From assembly GCA_965204385.1 (NCBI GenBank), contig OZ241984.1, forward strand, positions 2,644,984 through 2,708,983: a DNA stretch of 64,000 nt, written 5' to 3'. Below are positions 46,766 to 55,199 of the stretch, one piece after another (the first letter of the stretch is position 1; each line of letters starts with the position of its first letter). The stretch comes from Dehalococcoidia bacterium. Lineage in GTDB: Bacteria > Chloroflexota > Dehalococcoidia > Lucifugimonadales > Lucifugimonadaceae. A model generated the notes under the pieces. It was not told the origin of the DNA. It saw nothing but the letters and a program-made list of their open reading frames with translations, and ran no database searches. The translations under genes and the position numbers were made by a program.

Positions 46766-47426
46766 GAATCATCGCCGCGTCGATTGGGGTCATCGCGTGC
46801 GGTTCGGGGTTTGTAATTTATAAAAAGCCAGCGTAGGCGGTGTCGCCAGACCATCCGCCGTTCGGGCCGCTCGCCGATAGGTTCCGCGTCCCGTCTTCAC
46901 TCAGTTCTTCACTCCTCGTTAGCGCTGTGTACCTCGCCCGCACGACGTCGCGGACAGGCGTGTGTGGATAGGTGGGAGAGTCGCCCGAACCTTTAACGTG
47001 GATCGATGTTTCACAGGCGACCATTGGGATGGTCGCGATGCGGACATCGATCCACGCCTGGCTTGCAAGGCGGAGCCAGCCACGCTCCGCGAACGGGCAC
47101 CGAAGCAAAGTATCTCCTCCGTAACCGGTTTTGTGGTCGCGTTTCGCCCGAACCTATCATGGGCTTGCAGCGGGTTCCGTCGCCTTGCGTCCGTGGAGCA
47201 GTCGATTTCACCGTCGAGACGGCTTATAAGGTCGCCCACGTCCGCCCGGTTAGCCCCGCCCGCGGACCTTTCATTATTGTTGTCGTTGTCAGCAGCATCG
47301 AAATCGGAGAAAGGTGCACGCTCTCCCGCTCGACGCGGCGATGGTTCTGAGCGCTCTCGCCGGCGGTCGATAAGCCGGACTTGGCGCTTGGTGTTGATAA
47401 TAATACATATGTTGTATTGATGTCAA

Positions 47427-47486
47427 GTCTGAATTGGGATTCTTGGGATTGGATGGGGGATTTTTGGGATTTTGTTGTTGGTTGAA
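47427..47486 (+). repeat. Left copy of ~60-bp direct repeat flanking the GxxExxY gene
   Basis: 'gtctgaattgggattcttgggattggatgggggatttttgggattttgttgttggttga', compared with the right copy at 47966. Confidence 0.8.
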
Positions 47487-47584
47487 GGGGGTTTTGGTCG
47501 GGATGTGGCGTGGTGGTGGTGGGTTGGTTGATGTATGCTTGCGTGTTCAGATATTGGTTTCGTCGGTTTTTGGAGGTCCGTTTG

Positions 47585-47971
47585 ATGTTGGATGATGCGA
47601 GTTTGAAGCATCAGGAGTTGACGCATCGGATTATTGGCTGTGCGATGAAGGTGCATCGAGGGATCGGGTACGGGTTCCAGGAGGTGATTTATCAGCGTGC
47701 CTTGAGGTCTGAGATGGAGCGTGCCGGATTATCGTTTGAACGGGAGTGCGAAATGCCGGTGTTTTACGAGAGGGAGCAGGTGGGTACGCGTCGGGTGGAC
47801 TTTTTGGTGGAGGGTGTGGTTCTGGTGGAGTTGAAGGCGGTTTCGATGTTGGATGATCTGCACTTGGTGCAGTTGAGAAACTACCTGCAGGTGTTTGGGT
47901 TGGAGGTTGGGCTGTTGTTGAACTTCGGGGCTCGGAGTTTGGAGTTCAAGCGGTTGAGGCATGTTGTCTGA
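47585..47971 (+). CDS. GxxExxY protein (PD-(D/E)XK-like family)
   Basis: 'LTHRIIGCAMKVHRGIGYGFQEVIYQRAL..E.....L.FERE...PVFYE...VGTRRVDFLVEGVVLVELKA' carries the eponymous G-F-Q-E-V-I-Y motif. ATG at 47585. Confidence 0.85.
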   Translation: MLDDASLKHQELTHRIIGCAMKVHRGIGYGFQEVIYQRALRSEMERAGLSFERECEMPVFYEREQVGTRRVDFLVEGVVLVELKAVSMLDDLHLVQLRNYLQVFGLEVGLLLNFGARSLEFKRLRHVV

Positions 47972-48026
47972 ATTGGGATTTGTGGGATTATTTGGGGGAT
48001 TTTTGGGATTTGGTGTTAGTTGGTGA
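47966..48026 (+). repeat. Right copy of ~60-bp direct repeat flanking the GxxExxY gene
   Basis: 'gtctgaattgggatttgtgggattatttgggggatttttgggatttggtgttagttggtga'. It starts 3 nt before the stop codon. Confidence 0.8.
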
Positions 48027-48209
48027 GGGATTCTGATTGGGTTTGCCGTTGGTTGTTGTTTGGAGGTCGTTGGGGATCGATTTGTCGGCGATGGCGGTGA
48101 AGCTGGTGGAATAGCGGGCTGGGAATGAGCTTGGGTTGATGTGTGGTGTTCAGGCTATTGCTCGGCCGGATATTCCGAAGCGGATAGATCCTGAGCCGGC
48201 GCGCCGCCG

Positions 48210-48434
48210 TTGAGCGAGTCGAAGGTGGTGTTGTATGGGACGCAGGGCGGGAACTGCAACGGGTGTGGGATGCATTTCTTGCCGCAGCATCTGACGGTGG
48301 ACCACATCATCGCACGGTCGGAGGGTGGGACTGATCACCTTGACAACTTGCAGCTGCTTTGCGGGCACTGCAACTCGTTGAAGGGGGATCGTCCGATGGA
48401 GTATTTGCGGTCGCGGTTGGTGAGGGCTGTGTAA
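48210..48434 (+). CDS. Small HNH endonuclease
   Basis: 'CNGCG......LTVDHIIARSEGGTDHLDNLQLLCGHCNSLKG' (CxxC...DH...N...CxxCN). Only a TTG start is available, and the frame opens just 5 codons earlier. It may be a stand-alone remnant of a longer gene. Confidence 0.7.
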   Translation: MSESKVVLYGTQGGNCNGCGMHFLPQHLTVDHIIARSEGGTDHLDNLQLLCGHCNSLKGDRPMEYLRSRLVRAV

Positions 48435-48435
48435 A

Positions 48436-48448
48436 GGGGGGGGGGGGG
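48436..48448. repeat. G13 homopolymer between two convergent gene ends
   Basis: The run length is confirmed by the antisense ORF 48150..48467, which reads 'ITPPPPL' (acc ccc ccc ccc cct). Confidence 0.95.
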
Positions 48449-48459
48449 TGATTTGAGAC

Positions 48460-49608
48460 TTATACACCTGACTGCACGAATCCCACAGGTTCGATTTCGT
48501 GCATCTCTTGGAGATAGTACTTGGGTCTTGACAGCCCTGATTTTTGTGGAATTCTTATCACTCGGCAGACGGCTTCATATTGTTGACCAATTACCACGTT
48601 CCTGAGTGAGGTAGCGTTTGCTGAACTCATCCCGGATATGTATCTGCCTTTGGTCGACATTCCCCATCCACCGGTTCGCAGATTGGCTTTAGCCAACGTG
48701 CCCGTGAAAGTAACTGTCTCTGGCTCAAGACCGACCCGTTGGGACAAAGCGTTGGCTACGGTGTTTATGGTGTGCTTGGTCGCGACGCCCCGGCGCGCAG
48801 ATGAGAAAGAAGGAGTAGCCCAACTGTACTCGACGCCTGTTTGTTGTTTGTTTAAAGTCGCGATGAATTTCGAGAAGGAGTTCGTTAAGCGGCTTCGGCT
48901 CCCCAACATCGCGACTGCTTCATCTAGGTCGTCCAAACAATTGAAAAGATGATCGATTACTTCGAGACCGCGCGTTAATTCCGACCTCCCATTTCCATCA
49001 GGTGGTCGAACGGCTTCTAGAACCATGCGATAGGACCCTTGGGCCGCCGGCACAAGGACCCGCATTGCGGACGCATCAGTCTTGTCGATGTTCCTCTTCT
49101 CTGAGGCTGGCAATTCGCTCAATGCTGCGTTATAGGCGTGGTCGACCATAGTGTTGAGATGCTTCAACAATTCAGCCAGAGCATCGATGCGGATGGGGGA
49201 TTCAAGGCCGAAGGAGAATACGCAATTTTTGCGTTCGCGGGCGTAGCCCAATGCCGGATCATCGCTGTACGAATAATCCAAAGTGAATCCCGGTTCGGGC
49301 AGGTATTTCTCGACGACCTGTTCTTGAGAACACGGTTCCAGATGCATTTGCTCGCCGAACGGCATGTCGGCTTCGACAGTAAACCACTGGCGACCTGCCG
49401 CGCGAAGAATCAAGTCCCTTAGATCAAGGTCGCCAGAAAGGAAGTTATCCAACTGCCCTTGTGAAACGCCAGCCGCCAAGTAGAAGGGGTGAGTACGTTC
49501 GCCATCGATCAAGGTCGCCACGTAGTTCCCGTCGATCGAGTCTTTAGCGGCGAAGATATCGATACCGTCGCAGTATGAAAGGATCTCTGTGGGAGTGACT
49601 GTTGTCAT
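48460..49608 (-). CDS. Hypothetical protein (382 aa), second gene of a two-gene operon
   Basis: ATG 49608 is preceded by GAGGTGGAG and overlaps the upstream stop (ATGA). I recognise no family. GC is lower than in the flanks. Confidence 0.65.
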   Translation of the reverse strand: MTTVTPTEILSYCDGIDIFAAKDSIDGNYVATLIDGERTHPFYLAAGVSQGQLDNFLSGDLDLRDLILRAAGRQWFTVEADMPFGEQMHLEPCSQEQVVEKYLPEPGFTLDYSYSDDPALGYARERKNCVFSFGLESPIRIDALAELLKHLNTMVDHAYNAALSELPASEKRNIDKTDASAMRVLVPAAQGSYRMVLEAVRPPDGNGRSELTRGLEVIDHLFNCLDDLDEAVAMLGSRSRLTNSFSKFIATLNKQQTGVEYSWATPSFSSARRGVATKHTINTVANALSQRVGLEPETVTFTGTLAKANLRTGGWGMSTKGRYISGMSSANATSLRNVVIGQQYEAVCRVIRIPQKSGLSRPKYYLQEMHEIEPVGFVQSGV

Positions 49609-50030
49609 TGCTCCACCTCGTGCCCACAGTTTAGCGCGTCGAAATCCGCGTACGGCCACCAAGTCCAATGGGCTGGGTTTTTGAATGTCTTCGCGATGTA
49701 TCCAGAACCTAGACCTAGTTCCATTCTAAAGATGCGCATCGCGCCCCTGAATTCTCGTTGTCGACTTTTGACTGCATCCAGAGTATCCCATACGGAAAGT
49801 CCTGATGCTTCGCATTCCGCTCCCTTGTAGACTCGGTCAGGGAACTTCTTGCTTTCGGAATCGAAGTCCCGTTGTTTGGGCGGGATCGAACGCACCAAAC
49901 GATACACGACCCGAGTCTCGACGATTTCGGTTGCTCCGACGCTCTCAGGGCAACCTTGAGGCAAATCCTCCCTGAAATCACTCAAGCCCAATTCAAAAGC
50001 AGACACGTCGCCCCACGAACTTTCAGTCAT
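49605..50030 (-). CDS. Hypothetical protein (141 aa), first gene of a two-gene operon
   Basis: ATG at 50030. 'VVYRLVRSIPPKQRDFDSES...ASGLSVWDTLDAVKS...HWTWWP'. I recognise no family. Confidence 0.6.
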   Translation of the reverse strand: MTESSWGDVSAFELGLSDFREDLPQGCPESVGATEIVETRVVYRLVRSIPPKQRDFDSESKKFPDRVYKGAECEASGLSVWDTLDAVKSRQREFRGAMRIFRMELGLGSGYIAKTFKNPAHWTWWPYADFDALNCGHEVEQ

Positions 50031-50453
50031 TTCGGGAGGTTACCGCGCTGCCAGCGTGTGATCACTCAGCCTATTCCTCGTCTCTGAGATACCGCCAATC
50101 CTTCTTGGGCTCGGTTTTCAGCATCATGCGGGCAATCTTGGGAGTATCTCTCATGATCGATTCAATCTCATAGGAGAGTTCCTGAAATCCCGTCCTTTTC
50201 CATGCGTCAATTGTAAAGAATTTCGGAAGGGGATCATATGGCTAACTGCACATCTAGCCCGTGAGATCTACGAACCACCGCAACCAAGATGCGGCAGGAA
50301 ACAGGAAATGTTGTGTTAACAGCAATGGGATCGTTATAAATGGCGCAACGACCACCCAAGCTTCACAGTCCCGTTTCCATAGGGCGTCCCAAATCATCCC
50401 CAGCACGGTCATGCCGTCGTAACTGTAGATATATTTCTCGCGCCTGCACATTC

Positions 50454-50830
50454 TCAAAGGGGATTCTGCTCATACGATGCTGAGAACACGACGGCGAACT
50501 TAGCGGTTCGCATTGCTACATCTTCTGCTAGAGCATCATCCATGGTGAGGTGGTAGAAGTAGACGTGGAATTTCTCAGCGACTGCGAATAGGTGTTCGGC
50601 GGAAGAATCTTCATGCTAGGCGGCTAGTCGTCTCGCGGCGGTTTTTCAAGGCTCGGTGGCTCTGGTACGGCCAGCGGCGTTCTTGTGCGATGGACATGAT
50701 GGGGTGGGCTGCGGCGCCCCATAGCTTTTCTTTTCTGCGCCTTGCAAGGCATCGCCGCGTTCGAATTCGTCGTCGGATGCGGCGAAGAAGTCAAGTGCGA
50801 TCTGGCGGTGCTCTCTGGCTGAGATTGTGG
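50454..50830 (-). pseudogene. Frameshifted relic of a HEPN-like/PaREP1-like helical protein
   Basis: Three frames join to 'ISAREHRQIALDFFAASDDEFERGDALQGAEK / LWGAAAHPIMSIAQERRWPYQSHRALKN...RLA* / HEDSSAEHLFAVAEKFHVYFYHLTMDDALAEDV...'. There is no start codon, and there are at least 2 frameshifts and a stop. Confidence 0.45.
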
Positions 50831-50900
50831 TGGTTGCCGTGCCTTGGGACGCTCCAGTGTTGATTCTACTGCCTGTTCTCCGATCCTATGGATGGACGTT

Positions 50901-50938
50901 CCCCGCCCCTCTGGATTCCGGCTTTCGCCGGAATGACA
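50901..50938. repeat. REP-like element, family B
   Basis: 'ccccgcccctctggattccggctttcgccggaatgac' matches 4760-4790. Confidence 0.7.
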
Positions 50939-50997
50939 GTGCGGGCATCAGTAAGCTGGTGCGCTATGCAACCTGTTGGATGTCCCACAGGAAGGAT

Positions 50998-51312
50998 TTA
51001 GGGTCTCGCCGCATAAATCTGCTCCCGGGTCTCGTCGACGGATTTTCGGAAGTAGGGGTTTTTGATGGCGGTATCGTCGATGAGGTCGACGGTTCGGTTG
51101 AATAAGCTTTCGAGATCTTCCTTCAGGTCGATGTGGTTGCCGTACCACGGTTTTAGGGGTGCGTCGCCGAACTCGACTAGGAAGTCGATGTCGCTTTTTT
51201 CGGGGTTGAAGTCGCCGACGGCTGCGGAGCCGAAGACTTCCAGGCGTTTGACATGGTGACGTCGGCAGATTTCGGCTAGTTCGTCGGAGTGTTGGGTGAT
51301 TAGGGGGATCAT
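50998..51312 (-). CDS. Nucleotidyltransferase-domain protein (MntA-like antitoxin type)
   Basis: 'LEVFGSAAVGDFNPEKSDIDFLVEF' is the G-S-x10-D-x-D minimal NTase motif. 104 aa. Confidence 0.8.
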   Translation of the reverse strand: MIPLITQHSDELAEICRRHHVKRLEVFGSAAVGDFNPEKSDIDFLVEFGDAPLKPWYGNHIDLKEDLESLFNRTVDLIDDTAIKNPYFRKSVDETREQIYAARP

Positions 51313-51348
51313 GGTGTTGATGGGGTTAAGGATAGTTTAGGGGTGGTA

Positions 51349-51472
51349 CGCGCCCCCTTCGCCCTTCTGCCACGTCGTAGCCGTAGTTACTCTCCGTGTC
51401 ACATTTCCCCCGCGAGCGGGGGCAACCCGGCCGCCCGCCCCGGGCGACCACGAGGGATCGCCCCTGCGGGGG
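51349..51472. repeat. Mosaic intergenic repeat, family A copy
   Basis: 'cgcccccttcgcccttctgccacgtcgtagccgtagttac...cacatttcccccgcgagcgggggcaacccggccgcc...gaccacgagggatcgcccc' aligns with 38712 and 44750. Confidence 0.8.
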
Positions 51473-51485
51473 TTTTGGAAATGTC

Positions 51486-53570
51486 TCATCGCAGCGACAT
51501 CACGAGATTCAGGTGTTCATCGATGGTGCAGTTTGCGTCGGGTCCGATGAAGACGGTCGACTCTCGCTCTTCGACGATTGCCGGGCCGTTAAGAGTCGAT
51601 CCGGGATTGAGGCTGTAGCGATCAAATACTGGGCAATCGACGAAACGGTTTTCGTCGGTGAGGTAAACCGGGCGTTCTCCCTTGATCGGTACCGATTCGG
51701 CGTTTGATCTTGCGGATTGGAATCGTATTTCGGGGCGTGGTGGTGGCTCGGATGCTGTCATTCGCCAAGTTATTGTCTCTACGGGAACTTCGTTCAGCAC
51801 GCGCCCGAACAGTGCTTCGTATGTGGTGTCGAAGGCGGTCGCGAGTTCATCTTGGGATGTTGGGCCTAGGTTGCCGTCGGGGACGGGAACGACAATCTCG
51901 AAACCTTGTCCGACGTACCTCATGTCCGCGCTGCGTTGGATTTCGATGTCTTCAGTTTTCACTCCAGCCGATTCGATGAGGTCGATGGCGGTCGCTTCCA
52001 TGGACTTGAAGATGTCGTTTACGTGGCCCCAGTCAACGTCGTCGAGCTGGCTGATGTAGCTCTGGACGGCGGAGTATGATTTTGGCGCGACCAGCATTCC
52101 CAACGATGACATGACGCCTGCTCCCAACGGGCAGATCACCTTGTTCACCCCGAGCAGTTTCGCTACTCCATAAACGTGTAGCGGACCCGCGCCGCCGAAC
52201 GCGACGAGTGCGCTGCCTCGGATGTCGAGCCCTTGCTCGGCGGCGTGCATTCGTGCGGCGGTGGCCATGTTTTCGTTGACTACTTCGTGGATGCCTCGCG
52301 CGGCTTGGGTCACGCTCATGCCCATCGGCGCGGCGAGTCGGGCATCGATGGCTGTCCGAGCGGCATCTGGATCTAAGGCCATCTCGCCACCTAGGAAGTA
52401 ATCAGGATTGAGTAGCCCCAGCACCAGATCTGCGTCGCTGACGGTCGGTTCTATTCCACCTAACCCGTAACACGCAGGTCCAGGATCGGCGCCTGCGCTC
52501 TGCGGTCCGACCTTCATCAGTCCCAAAGGGTCGATGTATGCGATGCTGCCGCCGCCGGCGCCGATTTCGATCATGTCGATCGCTGGGACTTTGAGCGTTA
52601 GGCCGCTGCCTTTCTTGAAGCGATGCTCGCGTGCGGCTTCAAATTCGTTTGTGCGCGACGGCGATCCGTCGGTGATAAGACATAGTTTGGCGGTCGTGCC
52701 ACCCATGTCGAATGACAGCAGGTCTCGGTGTCCGAGGGTTTCACCGTAGTAAGCGGCCGCCATTGCACCGGCTGCCGGACCGGATTCGATCAGGCGCACC
52801 GGGAAAGATCTTGCTGCTTCCAATGTGGTAATCCCGCCTTCAGAAAGCATCAGATAGATGATGCCTCCGAATCCGAGCGACCTCAATCCGTGTTCCATCT
52901 CAGCGAGGTGTCTTCGTAATGGCGGATCTACGTAGGCGTTGGCAACGGTGGTAGAGGTGCGTGGATATTCGCGCACCTCGGGTGCGATGTCGGATGACAG
53001 TGACACGGTGTAGTGGGGATGTCGCTTGCTTAGGTAGTCGCGGATTGCAAGTTCGTGGGACGGGTTTCTGTATGAGTGGAGGAGCGCGACGGCGATTGTT
53101 TCGACGCCGCTTTTCTCGAAGGTTGCCATGATCTGGCCGAGTGATTCAAGATCGAGCGGAACCAGAACTTCCCCGTCAAAGCTCATTCGCTCAGGTACCG
53201 GTCTCCTGAGGTGTCTCGGTACTAGAGGTTCGGCACGTCGAGCGGTGAGGTCGTACATGTCGTACCGCTGCTCGGTGCCAGTCTCTAGGACGTCTCGAAA
53301 CCCCTCGGTGGTGATGAGGCCAACCTTTACGCCCTTGCGTTCCAGCAAGAGATTGGCGACCAGCGTCGTGCCGTAGGTGACCAGTGAAATGTCGCTGACC
53401 TCGAATCCGGATCGTTCCGCGGTTTCGCGAGTGCCTCGGACTATCCCAACTGCGAGGTCGTCTTGGGAGGTCAGAGTCTTGCCGATGGAGAAGAAACCGG
53501 TGTCCGAGTCGTGGGCAACGAAGTCAGTAAACGTACCGCCGACGTCGACGCCGAGACGTACTTCCGACAT
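51486..53570 (-). CDS. hyuA: Hydantoinase/oxoprolinase family protein, A subunit (HyuA-like)
   Basis: 'LGVDVGGTFTDFV' N-terminus, 'SFDMGGTTAK', and length 694 aa. Confidence 0.9.
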   Translation of the reverse strand: MSEVRLGVDVGGTFTDFVAHDSDTGFFSIGKTLTSQDDLAVGIVRGTRETAERSGFEVSDISLVTYGTTLVANLLLERKGVKVGLITTEGFRDVLETGTEQRYDMYDLTARRAEPLVPRHLRRPVPERMSFDGEVLVPLDLESLGQIMATFEKSGVETIAVALLHSYRNPSHELAIRDYLSKRHPHYTVSLSSDIAPEVREYPRTSTTVANAYVDPPLRRHLAEMEHGLRSLGFGGIIYLMLSEGGITTLEAARSFPVRLIESGPAAGAMAAAYYGETLGHRDLLSFDMGGTTAKLCLITDGSPSRTNEFEAAREHRFKKGSGLTLKVPAIDMIEIGAGGGSIAYIDPLGLMKVGPQSAGADPGPACYGLGGIEPTVSDADLVLGLLNPDYFLGGEMALDPDAARTAIDARLAAPMGMSVTQAARGIHEVVNENMATAARMHAAEQGLDIRGSALVAFGGAGPLHVYGVAKLLGVNKVICPLGAGVMSSLGMLVAPKSYSAVQSYISQLDDVDWGHVNDIFKSMEATAIDLIESAGVKTEDIEIQRSADMRYVGQGFEIVVPVPDGNLGPTSQDELATAFDTTYEALFGRVLNEVPVETITWRMTASEPPPRPEIRFQSARSNAESVPIKGERPVYLTDENRFVDCPVFDRYSLNPGSTLNGPAIVEERESTVFIGPDANCTIDEHLNLVMSLR

Positions 53571-55199
53571 CTACTGTCTGCTCCGTCGGTTGAGGCCGTA
53601 GATTTCTTTGGCTGCGGTTTCCGAGATTAGTTCGTTGCGGAGATCCTCGCGCACCAATTCCAAGTCGCGTTCTTGGGGGATTCCGTATCCACCGCCTCCA
53701 GCGGTTACTAGATGAATGACCTCGCCTGGGCCGAGTGCTGTGCGCCCTTTGGCCGGTAGCGCGCGCCCGTTTTGTTCAGGTTCCGTCGCCATTCCGTGGG
53801 CTCCGGCGCGACCACCTGCTTGACCACCGCTCAGCCCCTCCGCCGGGAAATCCCACCGCTCGGACATCACCGACAACTCTGACCGCCTGGGCGACTTGAC
53901 TTCGATCACGATATCTTGCCCGCATCCTCCGCGATACCGTCCGGGGCCGCCGGAGTCGGCGAGTAGCTCTTTCTTCCAGAACACTAAGGGCGAGACGGAC
54001 TCGGAGACCTCGACAGAGCCCGGTATGGAGTTGGTGGGGAATGGGCAGCAGTGGATGCCATCTTCGGTGCTGCTGGCACCCATTCCGCCGCTAAGGAACT
54101 GCATAAGTGAGAACGGACGCATGGAACCATCCACGCCGGAAAAGAACGAGATGTATTGCGGTGTCGAACCAGAGTCGGCTAGCACGGTGTCCGGTAGTAC
54201 CGGTGCGAGTGCGCCGAATACCGCCGCCGTGATGCAATGACCTGTCAGGTGGCGCGACGACACGGCCCTTGGATAGGTGGCGTTGAGAATGCTACCTTCG
54301 GGTGCTTTGATGGTGAACGGACGGTAGGATCCCTCGTTGCGATACGTGAGCGAATCTAAGACGCATTTGAGCGGGTAGGTGGTGAATGCCCATGTGTAGG
54401 CGTATACGACATTCACGCCGCCTTGGTCGACCTGCTCCGAAGTTCCGGCAAAATCGACCTCCAACTCGTCGTTGTCGATTGTGATCGCGCAAGCAATCTG
54501 GATGGGATCGTCGAATCCGTCGAGTGAAATTGTGTGGGAATATGTTCCGTCGGGTAGATTTCGAACGGCACGTCGCATTACATCTTCGGCGCGCGACTGG
54601 ATGTTTTGGCTCAGCGATTCCAACAGGTTTACGCCGTACTCCTCCATGAAGCTGACGAGTTGGCGGCCCGCAATCTCGCAACCAGCCACCATCGCCATGA
54701 AATCGCCTATGACGGGTTCTGGGACACGCACGTTGTAGCGGATCAACTCGAAGAGGTCTTCGTTCGGTTCCCCGGCGGAGAAGAGCTTCATGGGCGGCAC
54801 GCCGAGTCCTTCTTCGAATACCGATCGGTTGTCGGCGGAAAAGATCGAACCACCAATGTCGGATGCGTGGGCGATGATGCCGGAGAAGGCTACGAGCTGA
54901 CCGTCCAGAAACACGGGTGTCGCCATTGAGAAGTCGGGGCGATGGCCCGTGCCCATCCACGGGTCGTTGGTTATGACTACGTCGCCCGGTTGCCACGTCT
55001 CATGCGGAAAGCGCTTGAGGAAGTGCTTCACTGTGCGCGACATGGTGCCGACGAATGACGGGATCGAGCCTCGGTTCTCCGCCAGCGTGTCACCGTTGCG
55101 GTCCATCAGGACGCATGCATAGTCGTTGCTCTCACGCACGACAGTCGAGAAAGAAGTGCGTACGAGTGTCGTCGCCGACTGATCTGCAATGGAGATCAA
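53571..55199 (-). CDS. hyuB: Hydantoinase B/oxoprolinase family protein (HyuB-like); true start probably upstream
   Basis: 'LISIADQSATTLVRTSFSTVVRESNDYACVLMD' and 'GGGGYG' near the C-terminus. The conserved family N-terminus 'DPVTLEILWNRL' is encoded in frame upstream of the first canonical start (TTG 55199). Confidence 0.85.
   Translation of the reverse strand: MISIADQSATTLVRTSFSTVVRESNDYACVLMDRNGDTLAENRGSIPSFVGTMSRTVKHFLKRFPHETWQPGDVVITNDPWMGTGHRPDFSMATPVFLDGQLVAFSGIIAHASDIGGSIFSADNRSVFEEGLGVPPMKLFSAGEPNEDLFELIRYNVRVPEPVIGDFMAMVAGCEIAGRQLVSFMEEYGVNLLESLSQNIQSRAEDVMRRAVRNLPDGTYSHTISLDGFDDPIQIACAITIDNDELEVDFAGTSEQVDQGGVNVVYAYTWAFTTYPLKCVLDSLTYRNEGSYRPFTIKAPEGSILNATYPRAVSSRHLTGHCITAAVFGALAPVLPDTVLADSGSTPQYISFFSGVDGSMRPFSLMQFLSGGMGASSTEDGIHCCPFPTNSIPGSVEVSESVSPLVFWKKELLADSGGPGRYRGGCGQDIVIEVKSPRRSELSVMSERWDFPAEGLSGGQAGGRAGAHGMATEPEQNGRALPAKGRTALGPGEVIHLVTAGGGGYGIPQERDLELVREDLRNELISETAAKEIYGLNRRSRQ

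Noticed and set aside
46900-47300. RNase P RNA, cobalamin riboswitch or tmRNA, prompted by the minus-strand 'tgaaaggtccgcgggc' (like GGAAAGTCCGGGC) and 'ggtgaaatcg'.
   Set aside because: The other universally conserved blocks are absent or out of order, and the candidate is too short. The resemblance is probably chance. It needs cmscan and cannot be called by eye.
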